64,000 bases of DNA from Octopus vulgaris (GCA_951406725.2 OX597829.1:4278001-4342000); one strand, 5' to 3'. Shown: positions 27,449 through 42,326, counted from the first letter of the stretch. A program made the numbers and translations. The notes: generated by a model not told the origin, from the letters alone.

Positions 27449-28039
27449 TTAATAATAATAAGGCACTTGCCCCAGTACTTTTGCCGCTACAAGATGAAGG
27501 TCTTTCTCGACCCAACATGAATTTTACGTCTAATATTTTCGAAAATCAAACACCAATGGCGTTTTCACAAATCTGCGGTAGTTCGCTTACGAGTGAAAAT
27601 TTCAACAACGCTTTCAACATTACCAGTATCTCCACCACCATTCCTACCATGGCGACCACTTCAACAACCACAAACAGCAACAATGAGAGCAGTAATGATA
27701 ATATTGATAGCAACAAGTCGAACAGGTCGGTCGGAGACCATGCTGTTTCGATCACCACCGTATCGAACCTGACGACAGCCCCTAGGCAAATATCTGGGGC
27801 TTTTCAGATTGTTCCTGCGCCTTTATGCGGAGCGGGTCCTGTTGCGGTTTATCTTGCTTCGGCTAGTAATTGTGCGACCCGACAAAATGGTGCAGTGCTT
27901 GCGACAAATGGGGTCCCGTGTACAGATCCTGCTGCCCCCAAATTGCCCGTTTATTCGTTTCGGATGGCTGACGTTGCGGGAAGTGTAACGGCTTTCGTAC
28001 CGCCGCCCGTTTCGAGCACAATTAGCTCCAGTAATAATG

Positions 28040-28073
<34 letters not shown>

Positions 28074-28524
28074 TAAAAATAAAAATAAAAATAATAATAA
28101 TAACAATAATGATAATAACAATGATGGTGATAATACCAACAACAACATTATGGAAATTGATTCAAATTTTCCTATGCGCAATCAAACTTCAACATCTCTG
28201 AAGTTATCCTCGCCGCCAGCAGCGACGTTTCTTTCTCCATCGTTAATGACTTTCTCTCCATCATCAACGTCGTCGTCATCATCATCATCATCGTCGTCAT
28301 CAGCATCATCATCGCCGTCGTCATCGTCGTCGTCGTCAGCGTCAGCATCACCATTGTCATCGCTAGCGACATCTTTGTTATCCGCATCTAATTTGAAAGA
28401 CCAAACCGACGTAACCACCTGCAACACAAATAATACGAACAACTGTGGTCACTCACTTTACGACGCCACTTTTGGATCCATGGACTCCTCGGGTAATGCA
28501 CGCAAATTTTGGAGACCTTGGTAA
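26839..28524 (+). CDS. HES: HES/Hairy gene, coding exon 3 (helix 2, Orange domain, low-complexity region, C-terminal WRPW)
   Basis: TTTTCAG acceptor, then DSQYSKLEKADVLEMTVKHLRQLQ. Orange domain KYRTGFHECASEVVRYL...RISNHL. Ends FWRPW-stop (Groucho/TLE-binding motif). Part of ORF 26734..28524. Confidence 0.96.
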
Positions 28525-28908
28525 GGGAGGCAACTGGAACGAGGTCTTTTCCATTGAAAGAAATTACGACATATATAAAAACACACACACACATATATAT
28601 ATCAATCTATCTGTTTATCTATCTATCAATCTGTCTATTTGCCTGCCTCTCACTCAATCTCTCTCTTTCTCTCTACATATGTACGGAATTTTCGCCAATG
28701 AACAGCTCGCAGTCGCAAAGCGACGAATATATTTTCAGTAATTATATTTAAATGTTGAAACGAATCTATATGTTCTTCTGTGTTTTTAAATGGCATATAA
28801 ACACCTTCAACACTGTAGTGGTTTATATATATATAAATGTGACCTTGTGTGTACCGTTGGCGATTTTTTTCCTCTGTCTTCCCTTCTCTTGATATTTCCT
28901 TCTACTGT

Positions 28909-28943
28909 GTTTCCGACGAAGAGCTCCGTTCGAAACGTTAAAC
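28909..28943 (+). ncRNA. Minimal hammerhead-like motif in a PLE-tail fragment downstream of the HES stop
   Basis: GTTT-CCGACGA-A-GAGC[tcc]GTTC-GAAA-CG-TT-AAAC. The flank (TTCCTGAGCG...AATAC) resembles the PLE tail at about 2150-2240. Confidence 0.5.
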
Positions 28944-29061
28944 CCGCCTTCTTTCCTTCTTTCCTGAGCGTCCAATAATACTATATTTGTTCCACATCCT
29001 CGCGTTGTTGTGTTTTTTTGTGCTTTCTTGTTTGGATTAACTGTAAATATCTATATCTATA

Positions 29062-29142
<81 letters not shown>

Positions 29143-29387
29143 TGGAAACAGCTATAAGACCTACTATCTATAAATGCTCTAATATCTACACAGCCTTGGT
29201 TTTTTTTTATCTCATTACATAAAAAAATTCTTATATACACACGCTGACATATGACCAACGTAGAACCTCTTATTCGCAAAATTACCGAACCTGGAACTCA
29301 ACTATGCTCTGTCTATAGCGGTTATTCAGCTTTACCTGACACCTTTGGGTATCAATGACACCATTACCTCTTATAACCTATATATAC

Positions 29388-29465
<78 letters not shown>

Positions 29466-29539
29466 GTATATATAGGTATATATGTATATATATAAGTAAA
29501 TAAATGGAGTTGAACGCAGATGCTATTCAAATTCTTTTA

Positions 29540-29621
29540 CTTTCGGCATATGTTTCGAAGACAACATTAGTTTTATTCCAAAGGAATAAATGGTGTAAAT
29601 GCAATCTTCTCATCAGGAAAG
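29540..29621 (-). ncRNA. Hammerhead fold, cleavage triplet mutated (GCC)
   Basis: CTTTC-CTGATGA-GAAGA[loop]TCTTC-GAAA-CATATG-CC-GAAAG. Confidence 0.6.
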
Positions 29622-29813
29622 AAAGAGAGCCTATCTCAACAAGACATTATAACAATTACGTTGACTGCCTAAATGAAAAACAGAACGTAATAAATTATTA
29701 AAAAAAACTGTTTGTAGATTTGACGTCAAAGGAAGAGAAAGGTTAAAGAAATAATAAGTAGAGAACAAATAAAGAGGGATAATAATAATAATAACGTATA
29801 TAATTTGTAGAAT

Positions 29814-29900
29814 TACGACACGTGTTTCGTGGCTATATTTAAGAAATGATTATAATAGTAGAGAAATCACTTCGATATAAATATAGTAACTCATCAGGTT
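29814..29900 (-). ncRNA. Hammerhead fold within an inverted-repeat module (about 29790-30025)
   Basis: AAC-CTGATGA-GTTACTATATTTA...TAAATATAGCCAC-GAAA-CACGTG-TC-GTA. GUC triplet, weak helix I. Confidence 0.55.
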
Positions 29901-30262
29901 AAAAATAAACTAGAACAATAAAATAATTAATTAATAAATATACCTTAATAAATATACTACTAATATAATCATTTCTTAAATATAGCCACGAAACACGTGT
30001 CGTTATTCTACAAATTATATACGTTTTTATTGTTATTTTTCTGAAATTTACTTAACCATTGACATTTATTGTAATTTTAATTTCAATATTTCTATTATAT
30101 CTAATTTTCTTGATGGTGTAATTTAATTGTTCATTTTGAATTGATAAAAGGTGTTTTTTTTCTAATTTTTTATATATATATTTATATTATATTGTGTGAA
30201 ATTTGATTTAGTATTTCTAAATTGAATATTTTTCCTTGTAAGTTTTGCATTTTATTCCCTCA

Positions 30263-30356
<94 letters not shown>

Positions 30357-30592
30357 TTATAAACAGTCTCTTTACTAGTTTCAGTTATTTGACTGTTGCC
30401 ATGCTGAAGCACTGCCTTTAGTCCAGCAAATCGATCCCTATGACTTATTCTTTGTAAGCCTAGCACTTATTTATCGGTGTCTTCCGCCGAACCGCTATGT
30501 TACGGGGACGTAAACACACCAGCATCGGTTGTCAAGTGAGGTTGGGGAGACAAACACAGACACACAAATATATACACACACGCACACACACG

Positions 30593-30668
<76 letters not shown>

Positions 30669-30678
30669 TACGACATGC

Positions 30679-30710
<32 letters not shown>

Positions 30711-30910
30711 ATCCAAACAAGAAAGCACAAAAAAAAAACACAACAACGCGAGGACGTGGAACAAATATAGTATTATTGGACGCTCATATATAATAAAAAC
30801 TTACTTGGAGAAATAAGAAAGTGACGCGACGCGTTCAATCATATAATAACAATTTAACAAATAAAACATATGCATACATACATACATACATATATGTACA
30901 TACCTACATC

Positions 30911-30971
<61 letters not shown>

Positions 30972-30979
30972 AAAAAAGA

Positions 30980-31297
30980 CTCCGCCGGTTACGACGACGA
31001 GGGTCCCAGCTGATCCGAATCAACGGAACAGCCTGCTCGTGAAATTAACGTGCAAATGGCTGAGCATTCCACAGACACGTGTACCCTTAACGTAGTTCTC
31101 GGGGATATTCAGCGTGACACAGAGAGTGACAAGGCCGGCCCTTTGAAGTGCAAGTACAACTCATTTTTGCCAGCTGAGTGGACTGGAGCAACGTGAAATA
31201 AAGTGTCTTGCTCAAGGACACAACGCGTCGCCGGGAATCGAACTCACAACCTTACGATCATGAGCCGAATGCCCTAACCACTAAGCCACGCGCCCTC
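30980..31297 (-). mobile_element. tRNA-derived SINE family D (CORE-like)
   Basis: Minus strand reads GGCGCGTGGCTTAGTGGTTAGG (A box)...GAGTTCGATTCCC (B box)...GTGTCCTTGAGCAAGACACTT. Confidence 0.75.
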
Positions 31298-31582
31298 ACA
31301 TATATATATATGAGTACAGGACACCACAAATAAACGTAGAACACAACGAGAAACGAAAACATAAAAACAAACAAGGAAACGGACTTTTTTTAACAACGAA
31401 AAAACAGAGTACAAGACAAACAACACAAGGAAGGCTATATATATATATATATATATATATATACTGAGTGAGTGTATGGTAAGTAGCTTGCTTACGAACC
31501 ACATGGTGACACCTTGGGCAAATATCTTCTACTATAGCCCCAGGCCGACCAAAGCCTCGTGATTGGATTTGGTATATGTATG

Positions 31583-31656
<74 letters not shown>

Positions 31657-32360
31657 TATACAATGGGTTTCTTTCAGTTTCTGTCTTCCAAATCCACTCA
31701 CAAGGCTTTGGTCATCCTCATCCTGAGGCTATAGTGAGACACTCCCCCAAGGTGCCACGCAGTGGGACTGAACTCGGAACCATGAGGTTGGTAAGCAACC
31801 TACTTGCCACAGAGCCACTGCTACACCTATGTACGCCTTCAAATCTTGTTTTTTTTAAAATAAATTACACCTTTCTTGTAAAGCGGCAATTAATTTGCGC
31901 TAAATTGCAATTATTACCTTATTTTTCGGTGACTTGACGCCGAAACGAAACGAGGACAAAATGCACGCACCCCACTCCACGCTAGCACGAGTCTGCGCAA
32001 GGTTAACAGAAGAAATGCCGCACCTAGTGACCTTCCCACTGAGAGTAGATCCGCCCATGAGGCCACAGCTATATTATATGAAAAGTTTAGCTTCCTGCAG
32101 TCAAAATCCTTCAGGGCATTTTGCCTTTGTCCCGTCAAAAATGAAATAAAGTGCTTTACCTTGACCCTTACTACAATGGGTAATAAATATTTAAAATTGC
32201 AGAGGTAGGATGGACAAATTTATCATATAAATTGAATGATGTTGTTGTTGGTGTTGTTGCTACGACTGCCGGTTATATTCGAGGGTTTAGCCAGGTATTA
32301 GCTGTTGTTTGCAGGGTCACAATGCCAAGCAAATCCGTCAAACACCAGGACATCTATCTA

Positions 32361-32569
<209 letters not shown>

Positions 32570-32704
32570 AGATCTATTGGTCTGTACCTATCTATCTATC
32601 TGCCTCTCTGTCTGTCTCTCTGTCCATCCAGACATCCATCTATCCGTACAGCTATTTATCTATCTATCCATCTATCAATCTATCTGTCTCTCTGTCTCGG
32701 CGTA

Positions 32705-33490
32705 CTAACGTTTCTTATTTCTATATTGCACAGAAGGGGCTAAACACAGAGGGGACACACAAGGACAGACAAAGGGATTAAGTCGATTATATCGAGCCCA
32801 GTGCGTAACTGGTACTTAATTTGTCGACCCTAACAAGATGAAAGGCAAAGTCAACCTCGGCGGAATTTGAACTCAGAATGTAACGGCAGACAAAATACCG
32901 CTAAGCATTTCGCCCGGCGTACTAACGTTTCATATTTCTTTATTGCCCACAAGGGGCTAAACATAGAGGGGACAGAGAAAGGGATTAAGTCAATTAAATC
33001 GACCCCAGTGCGTAACTGGTACTTATTTAATCGACCCCGAAAGTATGAAAGGCAAAGTCGACCTCGGTGGAATTTGAACTCAGAACGTTAAGACAGCCGA
33101 AATATCTATTTCTTTACTACCCACAAGGGGCTAAACACAGAGGGGACAAACAAGGACAAAACTGGTACTTATTTAATCGACCCCGAAATGGTGAAAGGCA
33201 AAGTCGACCTCGGCGGAATTTGAACTCAGAACGTAGCGACAGACGAAATACCGCTAAGTATTTCGCCCGGCGTGCTGACGTTTATTATTTCTTTATTGCC
33301 CACAAGGGGCTAAACATAGAGGGGTCAACCAAGGACATTTAGTCGATAACATCGACCCCAGTGTGTAACTGAACTTAATTTATCGACCCCGAAAGGATGA
33401 AAGGAAAAGTGGACCCCGGCGGAATTTAAACTCAGAACGTAGCAGCAGACGAAATACCGCTAAACATTTCGCCCCATGCTAATGGTTCTG
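32705..33490 (-). mobile_element. Tandem or nested array of SINE family C modules
   Basis: Four repeats of GAAAGGCAAAGTCGACCTCGGCGGAATTTGAACTCAGAAC. Confidence 0.8.
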
Positions 33491-33874
33491 CTTTTAATAA
33501 TCCCCCGCCTTCCTGTTTAAATAATGTTTAAAATATTTGAAGGGAACTTGACTATAATGCTGAATTAAAGATAAAGAGAAAAAGAGCCGTGTGTTTAATC
33601 ATCTAAAGATGACCCTTGTTAAGTATGGAAACTTCTGTTGCAACACTCGGTATCACATCAAGAATTTAGCAGCACAAATATGGACACGTTGGCCCTTAGG
33701 TACTATGTACTTAGACGGACAGACCTGAAGGTAAAAAGCTAAGCTATAATTATTTTAGTTTAAATAACGGCAAAGAGGCCCCTGAATGTAAAGTAGGCGG
33801 ACCTAACGTTCGTTCACTGAAAGATAATTGATGTTGTTCGAAATCTTTGAAGTTTCAATGATTCAGGAACGCAA

Positions 33875-34342
<468 letters not shown>

Positions 34343-34870
34343 TATGTTTGACTTTTGCTTTACTTTTGTACAAGTTGGCTCCAAGTCTCACCCAGAGACC
34401 TCAGAGACAATAAGTTGGAAGTTCATGTTGGTGTTATGCCGAGGGTGTCATATATTTGGTTTTGTACTAAGTGTTGTTCTAGAGAATGTTTAAGAAACTA
34501 TAAGAAAATTATGTTTGTTTTAAAACTTGAGATTACATAGAAAGTATTTTGCGTAGGATATGAGCAGTTCTCATGAGCACTATCTTTTGAATTTCTGCCA
34601 TTTTTGGGTTTCCTGGTATCTGAGTTAGGTAGCAATCAGCCCCTTTTGCTATCATTCCCAGGTATTGTTTTAGTCTTCAGGTTCCACATTTTGCTAATTT
34701 CTATTTCAAGATCTTTATACTTGCTCAGGTTTTGGTAGGTCTTGACAGATACGTTCATATCGATCGGGACAGTCATATCAATGAGGAGGCATGTTCTTTG
34801 TCTGAAGTCTTTCTATATGATGCCTGGCCTATTTGCATCTATCTTTCTGTCAGTTTGAATGGTGAAGTTC
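34343..34870 (-). mobile_element. R4/Dong-like LINE 3' fragment abutting (TAA)n
   Basis: Clearly homologous to 44716-45280 (TATGTTTGACTTTTGC...CTCCAAGTCTCACCCAGAGACC...). Confidence 0.85.
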
Positions 34871-36132
34871 GTAAGCAAGCTACTTACTACACAACCACAC
34901 CACCGCATATATATACACATATACATATATACGACGGGCTTCTTTCAGTTTCAGTCTACCAAATCTACTCACAAGGCTTTGGTTGGACCGAGGCTATAGT
35001 AGAAGACACTTGCCCAAGGTACCGCGCAGTGGGACTGAACCCGGAACCATATGGTTCGTAAGCAAGCTACTTACCACACAGCCGCTCTTACACCTATATA
35101 TATATATATATATACATATATGACGGGCTTCTTTCAGTTTCCGTCTACCAAATCCACTCACAAGGATTTGGTCGACCCGAGGCTATAGTAGAAGACACTT
35201 TCCCAAGGTGCCACGCAGTGGGACTGAACCCGGAACCATGTGGTTGGTAAGCAAGCTACTTACCACACAGCCACTCCTACGCTTATACACACACATACAC
35301 ACACACAGCCACGCCCTGTAGTTGATGTGAAATCGTTGTTATTCCTACACATACACACATTGTGTATGTATATGATTTGTTATAGATGTGTTTGTTGCCG
35401 TTGTCGACACATTTATTGCCGTTTTTTCCTCCATATTTTACAATATAATATATTTTTTTTATATTTCTATATTTCTCGCCTATTATTATTCGTTGGGTGA
35501 ACATAAACATGTGGTTTTGTTAACAAATAAACCGGGAAAATGACAGAAAAATAACAAGAAAAAAATTTAAAAACTAATACAAAATGGAAGATAAATTAAG
35601 CAAAAAATACTTTCTTCATTTTAAGTACATTTTCTCTTCCCAACGTGCTACACCCTACGTTTTTTCCCATCGGGACCCCTCTGTTAACAGAGCGAAGCAA
35701 AGATGGCTGATAAGATCGCAGTGAGGTTTCCTGTTATACAGATAAATTTTGATTAAATTTAGCATCACAGGGGATGTATGTCAATTATGAATTCATTTTA
35801 TCTTCCGCGAACTGCGTTACGCCATCTTAAAACTTGTTGCTTACACACACAGACATTATTTCTAACGCTTATTTCAGTCATATGACTGCGGCGATGCTGC
35901 AGCAACGCCTTAAAAAGATCTGGAGTGGCCATAGGGAGTGGTAAGTAACTTGCTTACCAACCACATGGCTCCGGGTTCAGTCCCACAGCGTGGCACCTTG
36001 GGCAAGTGTCTTCTAATATAGCCTCGGGCCGACCAAAGCCTTCTGACAAAAAACATCTTTCCAAGGACAGTTCCTTTTTAAGCCTGAATAAGGGACTTGC
36101 ATTGTTTGGCTTTTTAATCTTTCAACGTTATA

Positions 36133-36186
<54 letters not shown>

Positions 36187-36189
<3 letters not shown>

Positions 36190-36755
36190 TGGATTGTCCA
36201 GAAAGTTCGTGCCTATTTATAATACCTTAACTTTCGACTTATTTTAGAACATGGTTGAGTCCATAAAATTGGATTTGACTACACCTCCCTTTAGAGCACA
36301 GTTAAAGCTATCTTTTCGTGGAAGAAGATTTATGTTCCTATAACCTATGTTAATTCTGTAACCCTTTAAAATGGAAGATAAGAAAGTTCATTTTCGGCAC
36401 CTGATGCTTTGGGAACCAGAAAAACATTGCTGCAGCTCGGCTGGGATGTGTTACCCCACCCTCCATATTCACCAGATATTGCTCCTTCGGATTTCCACTT
36501 ATTCAGGTCTCCGCAGAATAGTCTTAATGGTAAAAATTTCAATTCCTTGGATGACGTAAAAAGATACCTTGATGAAATATTTGCCATGAAACCACCTCAA
36601 TTCTGGGAAGAGGGTATTTTCAAGTTAAAGGAAAGATGGAACGCATTGTGCAAGAAAATGGTTCGTATTTGGTTGATTAAAAATGTAATGGTAAGTATTT
36701 ATTGACCTTTATCGTTCCTTTAAAAGTGGACACGAACTTTCCGGACAACCCAATA
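36187..36755 (+). mobile_element. Mariner transposon, internally deleted
   Basis: Imperfect TIRs ATTGGATTGTCCAGAAAGTTCGTG / CACGAACTTTCCGGACAACCCAAT in TA context. N-terminal MEDKKVHFRHLMLW is followed by LGWDVLPHPPYSPDIAPSDFHLF (YSPDLAP motif). Confidence 0.9.
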
Positions 36756-37107
36756 TATTCTACAGACACGTACGCCCTTAACTTAGTTCTTAGGGAGTTT
36801 CACACAAAAACAAAATGTTACAGGCCTGGCCGTTTTGGATTTCGAGTATACCTCATAGAGCAACGTGAAGTAAAACTGAGTTACCTGCCCGTGAAATTAT
36901 CGCAGACACGTACGCCATTAACGTAATTCTCAGGGAGTTTCCCACGAAGACACAATGTAAGAAGCCTGGCCCTATTCTAATTGGAGTACAGCTCGCAGAG
37001 GATCGTGAAGTAAAATGGAGTAATCTTCTCGTGAAATTATCGCGCAAGTGGCTGAGTATACCACAGACACACGAGTCTTTAATGTAGCTCGCGGGTAATA
37101 TCAGCAA

Positions 37108-37635
37108 TGTGAAATTAACTGGAGTAATGTGAAATAAGCTGGAGGAATGTGAATTAAATTGGAGGAATATGAAATAAACAGGAGGAATGTGAAATAAACT
37201 GGAGGAATGTAAAATAAGCTGGAGGAATGTGAGTTAAACTGGAGGAATGAGAAATAAACAGGAGGGATGTGAAATAAACTGGAGGGATGTGGAATAAACT
37301 GGAGGAATGTGAAATAAGCTGGATGAATGTGAAATAAACAGGAGGGATGTGAAATAAACTGGAGGAATGTGAAATAAGCTGGAGGAATGTGAAATAAACA
37401 GGAGGGATGTGAAATAAACAGGAGGGATGTGGAATAAACTGGAGGAATGGGAAATAAGCTGGAGGAATGTGAGATAAACTGGAGGAATGTGGAATAAGCT
37501 GGAGGAATGTAAAATAAGCTGGAGGAATGTGAGTTAAACTGGAGGAATGTGAAATAAACTGGAGGAATGTGAAATAAGCTGGAGGAATGAGAAATAAACT
37601 GGAGGAATGTGAGTTAAACTGGAGGAATGGGAAAT
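37108..37635. repeat. 20-bp minisatellite (GTGAAATAAACTGGAGGAAT)n inside a decayed family-D SINE
   Basis: About 26 units visible. The flanks match 31040-31290. Confidence 0.9.
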
Positions 37636-38061
37636 CAAATGTCTTGGTCTAGAACATGATACAGAGCCAAGAATCGAACTCTAGGGGTTACAACTGTAAG
37701 CCGAATGTTCCTAAACACTTTGCCACGCATATTTTCTGCGACACACAATGTTTTACAGAGGGGTGTCTGATGTAAGGAAGGAAGAAAATTCTAAAATGAT
37801 TTTTAAATTAAGACAAACGTTTTCGCAGAAATAGAACTTTTTCAGTGATGTTGCGGGAAAGAAAACAATACACTCAGCAGTTTATTATGAAAATAGCCAT
37901 TTAGCGTATGCAAATTTATTTAAATAGGTGACAGATGTTTGAAGTAGGATAGAATGAAGGAAAGCGCAGGGAGAGAGAAAGCGAGAGAAAGCGACAGAGA
38001 GGTGAGGTATCTGATAGACACAGCAAATTACAGATCTATATATGTATGCATATGCGTGTAC

Positions 38062-38094
<33 letters not shown>

Positions 38095-38227
38095 GTAAGT
38101 AGCTTGCTTGCCAACCACATGGTTCCGGGTTCAGTCCCTCTGCGTGGCACCTAGGCCAATTGTCTTCTACTATAGCGTCGGGCCGAACAAAGTCTTGTGA
38201 GTGGATTTGGTAGACAGAAACTGCGTC

Positions 38228-38258
<31 letters not shown>

Positions 38259-39069
38259 AACGGGCTTCTTTCAGCTTCCGTCTACCAAATCCACTCACAA
38301 GTCTTTGGTCGGCCCGAGGCTATAGCAGAAAACACTTGCCCAAGGTGCCACGCAGTGGGACTGAACTCGGAACTATGTGGTTGGTAAGCAAGCTACTTAC
38401 CACACAACCATTCCTACGCCTATATATAATGTGTATATATGTATATGTGTGTATTTTTCCGTTGTTTCTTTTAAAAAAGATATAACGGGGAAATAGGATA
38501 ACTGCAAGAAACAGTTTTATAATATGGCGCGTAAGGAAATGTAAACGGAACGATAAAAATGGCTGCCTGGATGTGAGCGTGCGCTCGCATGTCTGTCCGT
38601 GTGTGTTTGTAAATAGATAATGGGTTACAAAATTCATTAAAATTACGATATCTAATCTGATTGTTCTTGGCTGTTCCAGTTTTTTTCTCCACCAGGTGAC
38701 ACTAAATCTTTATTCATAACAGCTGTCAAAATAAAACCCTACACCCTTGCCGCCCACCTGAGCAAGAAGAAACCAGAAGAAACAGAACGAAATTCGGAAC
38801 AAAAATGTAGATGAAAATTATATTAAGTACAAAGATCTCAGTTCCGACCACATGAAAATTTGGTGATAAAAACATTGAAATTTTCCATTTATTTTCTATA
38901 AAAATATTGCAGTAATCGCCTTATTTTCGCTCACCTAACAATCTGTCTCTCTTTCTCCCAAGCTTTTATTCTCGTTATCTCTCCGTAAACCATTAATGAA
39001 CCTTGCTTTGTATTAATTAATCTATAGCCGTTTATTTAGCGAAATTTTGATACCCAAGTTCAATAACAT

Positions 39070-39228
39070 AGGCGGAGAAGTGGCTGTGTGGTAAGTAGCT
39101 TGCTTTAGCAACCACATGGTTCTGGGTTCCCACTACGTAGCAACTTGGGCAAGTATCTTCTACTATAGCCTCGAGCCGACCAAAGCCTTGTGAGTGGATT
39201 TGTAGACGGAAATTGAAAGAAGCTCGTC

Positions 39229-39274
<46 letters not shown>

Positions 39275-39852
39275 TCTCTTTTACTCTTTTACTTGTTTCA
39301 GTCATTTCACTGCGGCCATGCTGGAGCACTGCCTTTAGTCGGACAAATCGACCCCAGGACTTATTCTTTTGTAAGCCCAGTACTTATTCTATCGGTCTCT
39401 TTTGCCGAACCGCTAAGTAACGGGGACATAAACACACTAGCATCGGTTGTCAAGCAATGCTAGGGGAACAAACACAGACACACACACATATATATATATA
39501 CATATATACGACGGGCTTCTTTCAGTTTCCGTCTACCAAATCCACTCACAAGGCTTTGGTCGGCCCGAGGCTATAGTAGAAGACACTTGCCCAAGGTGCC
39601 ACGCAGTGGGACTGAACCCGGAACCATGTGGTTGGTAAGCAAGCTATTTACCACACAGCCACTCCTATATATATATATATATAGGCGGAGGTGGAGGTGT
39701 GGCTATGTGGTAAGTAGCTTGCTTACCAACCACATGGCTTCGGGTTCACTCCTACTGCGTGGCACCTTGTGAAAGTGTCTTCTGCTATAGCCTCGGGCCG
39801 ACCAAAGCCTTGTGAGTGGATCTGGTGGACGGAAACTGAAAGAAGCCCGTCG
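39070..39852. mobile_element. Cluster of three SINE family A copies in alternating orientation
   Basis: About 39070-39230(+), 39273-39666(-) and 39697-39852(+). Confidence 0.85.
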
Positions 39853-40689
39853 TATATATATATATATATGTATATGTATATGTTTATAATACATTTATCA
39901 CGTTAAAAACCTAACGTAAAAATTCAAGTTAATAGATAGAAATATATATTTTGTCTGTGAAGATATATTTTAGCTTTCGGGATGATGTAAACAATATAAG
40001 CCCTAAATAATATAAACACTTGGACCTTCTTTTTACGTTTAAAATTTAGTTAACGGAATTTCTTCGTGTTTATATTTCTTTAAGAAGCATTTTTTATTTC
40101 TTTAAGAAATATTTAATTCTCTTTGATTATTTATTAACACTATGTATTTATCTAACTCATATTGTTATTATTGCTCCCCTGAGAAGTGACTATACTTTTA
40201 AATTGAATTGTTTTTGGATCGATTATATTTAAATTTAATTCGAATTCGAATTGAAGCTACAGCCACGAAACGTATGTAGTCTATTTATTAATTATATACG
40301 GTTTATAATTATGTACTTTATTGTGCTCTAGATATATGGTTTATAAAATATTTTATTTTTTCTATATGGTATGTTTTACGTCTATCCTTGTTTGAATTAC
40401 ATTATAGTGGTTTTTCTCTAATTTATATATGTTTTCCGCCCTTGTTTTCGTATACATTCGATGCTTTCCTCCAAGGAATCTAATGCTCTTAGCTTAGTTT
40501 TTCATTGGGGCTGGTCAAATTGGAGCAATCTCAAGATTAATCAGACGAAATTGCGAGGATGATCCGGTTCTTGACTGAGGGTAGAATGACCCGTCCTTGT
40601 TTTTTAGTATCGTCTATCTGGATGTTTTGTTGTCCCTTTTTGTATCACCTAGTTGTCCGGATGTTTTGCGTTCTTGCCCCATTTTGTAT

Positions 40690-40779
<90 letters not shown>

Positions 40780-41003
40780 AGCTTAGAGAAGAAGAAGATA
40801 CGAAACGAAACGAAACGAATCGAATCGAATATATATATATGTATGTATGTATGTATGTATATATATATAGCGGCATCCGTACATTTTGTTCTCTTATATC
40901 TAATTACACATTTTATTATATATATATATCTTTATATATGTTGTGAAATTTAATTTAATACTAAATTGAATTTTTCCCTGTAAGTTCGGAGTTATACTCC
41001 CTA

Positions 41004-41044
<41 letters not shown>

Positions 41045-41118
41045 GTTGTTGTTGTTGTTGTTGTTGTTGCTGTTGTTATCATTATTATTATTTATATACA
41101 AATATATATATATATATT

Positions 41119-41181
<63 letters not shown>

Positions 41182-41182
41182 G

Positions 41183-41483
41183 TGGAGGCGCAATGGCCCA
41201 GTGGTTAGGGCAGCGGACTCGCGGTCGTAGGATCGCGGTTTCGATTCCCAGACCGGGCGTTGTGAGTGTTTATTGAGCGAAAACACATAAAAAAAGCTCC
41301 ACGAGGCTCCGGCAGGGGGTGGTGATCCCTGCTGTACTCTTTCACCACTCTTTCTTTCACTCTTTCTTCTGTTGGCCTGCTCACTTAGCCAACGGGGTGG
41401 CGTCATTCGAAGGCTAAAACAATGCGAACGCATTGTGACCAGCGATGTGTAACTACATCTGATGGACTGGTCGGTCACGTGAT

Positions 41484-41490
<7 letters not shown>
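41183..41490 (+). mobile_element. tRNA-derived SINE family B
   Basis: GGCGCAATGGCCCAGTGGTTAGGGCAGCGGACTCGCGG...GGTTTCGATTCCC head and CACGTGAT-repeat tail. Other copies at 47803-48075(-), 58456-58767(-) and 59130-59441(+). Confidence 0.8.
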
Positions 41491-41537
<47 letters not shown>

Positions 41538-41908
41538 GGGCTTCTTTTAGTTTCCGCCTACTGAATCGGGAACCATGTTATTGGAAGCAAACTTAGGCTG
41601 TTCAGCTGATCAAATGGAACATCCGTCGCTGTAACGTACGGAGCGACCTCTATATTGTAATATTGTTTAAGATTTCTTCAATTAACTCATTTCCGGCCCA
41701 AAATAGATTATACCACATAAACTTCTTAAGACACTTTATCTCTAATCTTTAACTGAACAACATTATAATAGGCACCGCGCATTTCCAATCTCTCTCTCTT
41801 CCTCTCCCTCTCTCTCTCTCCCTCTCACTCTCTCTCTCACACACACACACATACGACCTATACTGGTACATATAGATGGCCATCACTCGTGTGGATGGGT
41901 GTATAATT

Positions 41909-41947
<39 letters not shown>

Positions 41948-42326
41948 ATAGGCGTAGGAGTGGCTGTGTGGTAAGTAGCTTTCTTACCAACCACATGTTT
42001 CCGGGTTCAATCCCACTGCGTGGCACCTTGGCCAAGTGTTTTCTACTACAGCCTCGGGCCGACCAAAGATTTGTGAGTGGATTTGGTAGACGGAAACTGA
42101 AAGAAGCCCGTCGTATATATATATATATATATATGTATATAATCAAAGTAAGCAACAAGAATATCTTCGGTAATTTGGTACGATCGTGGATTTGGTTGAC
42201 AGAAATTGAAAGAAGCCGGTCGTATATATGTATATATAAATAAGTGTGTGTGTGTGTGTGTGTGTGTGCTTGTGTTTCTGTGTTTGTCCCCCCAACATCG
42301 CTTGACAACCAATGCTGGTGTGTTTA

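Noticed and set aside
41183-41260. tRNA gene-like sequences (also about 31225-31297 and the SINE A heads)
   Set aside because: A and B boxes continue into SINE bodies present in several copies, and there is no proper cloverleaf or acceptor stem.
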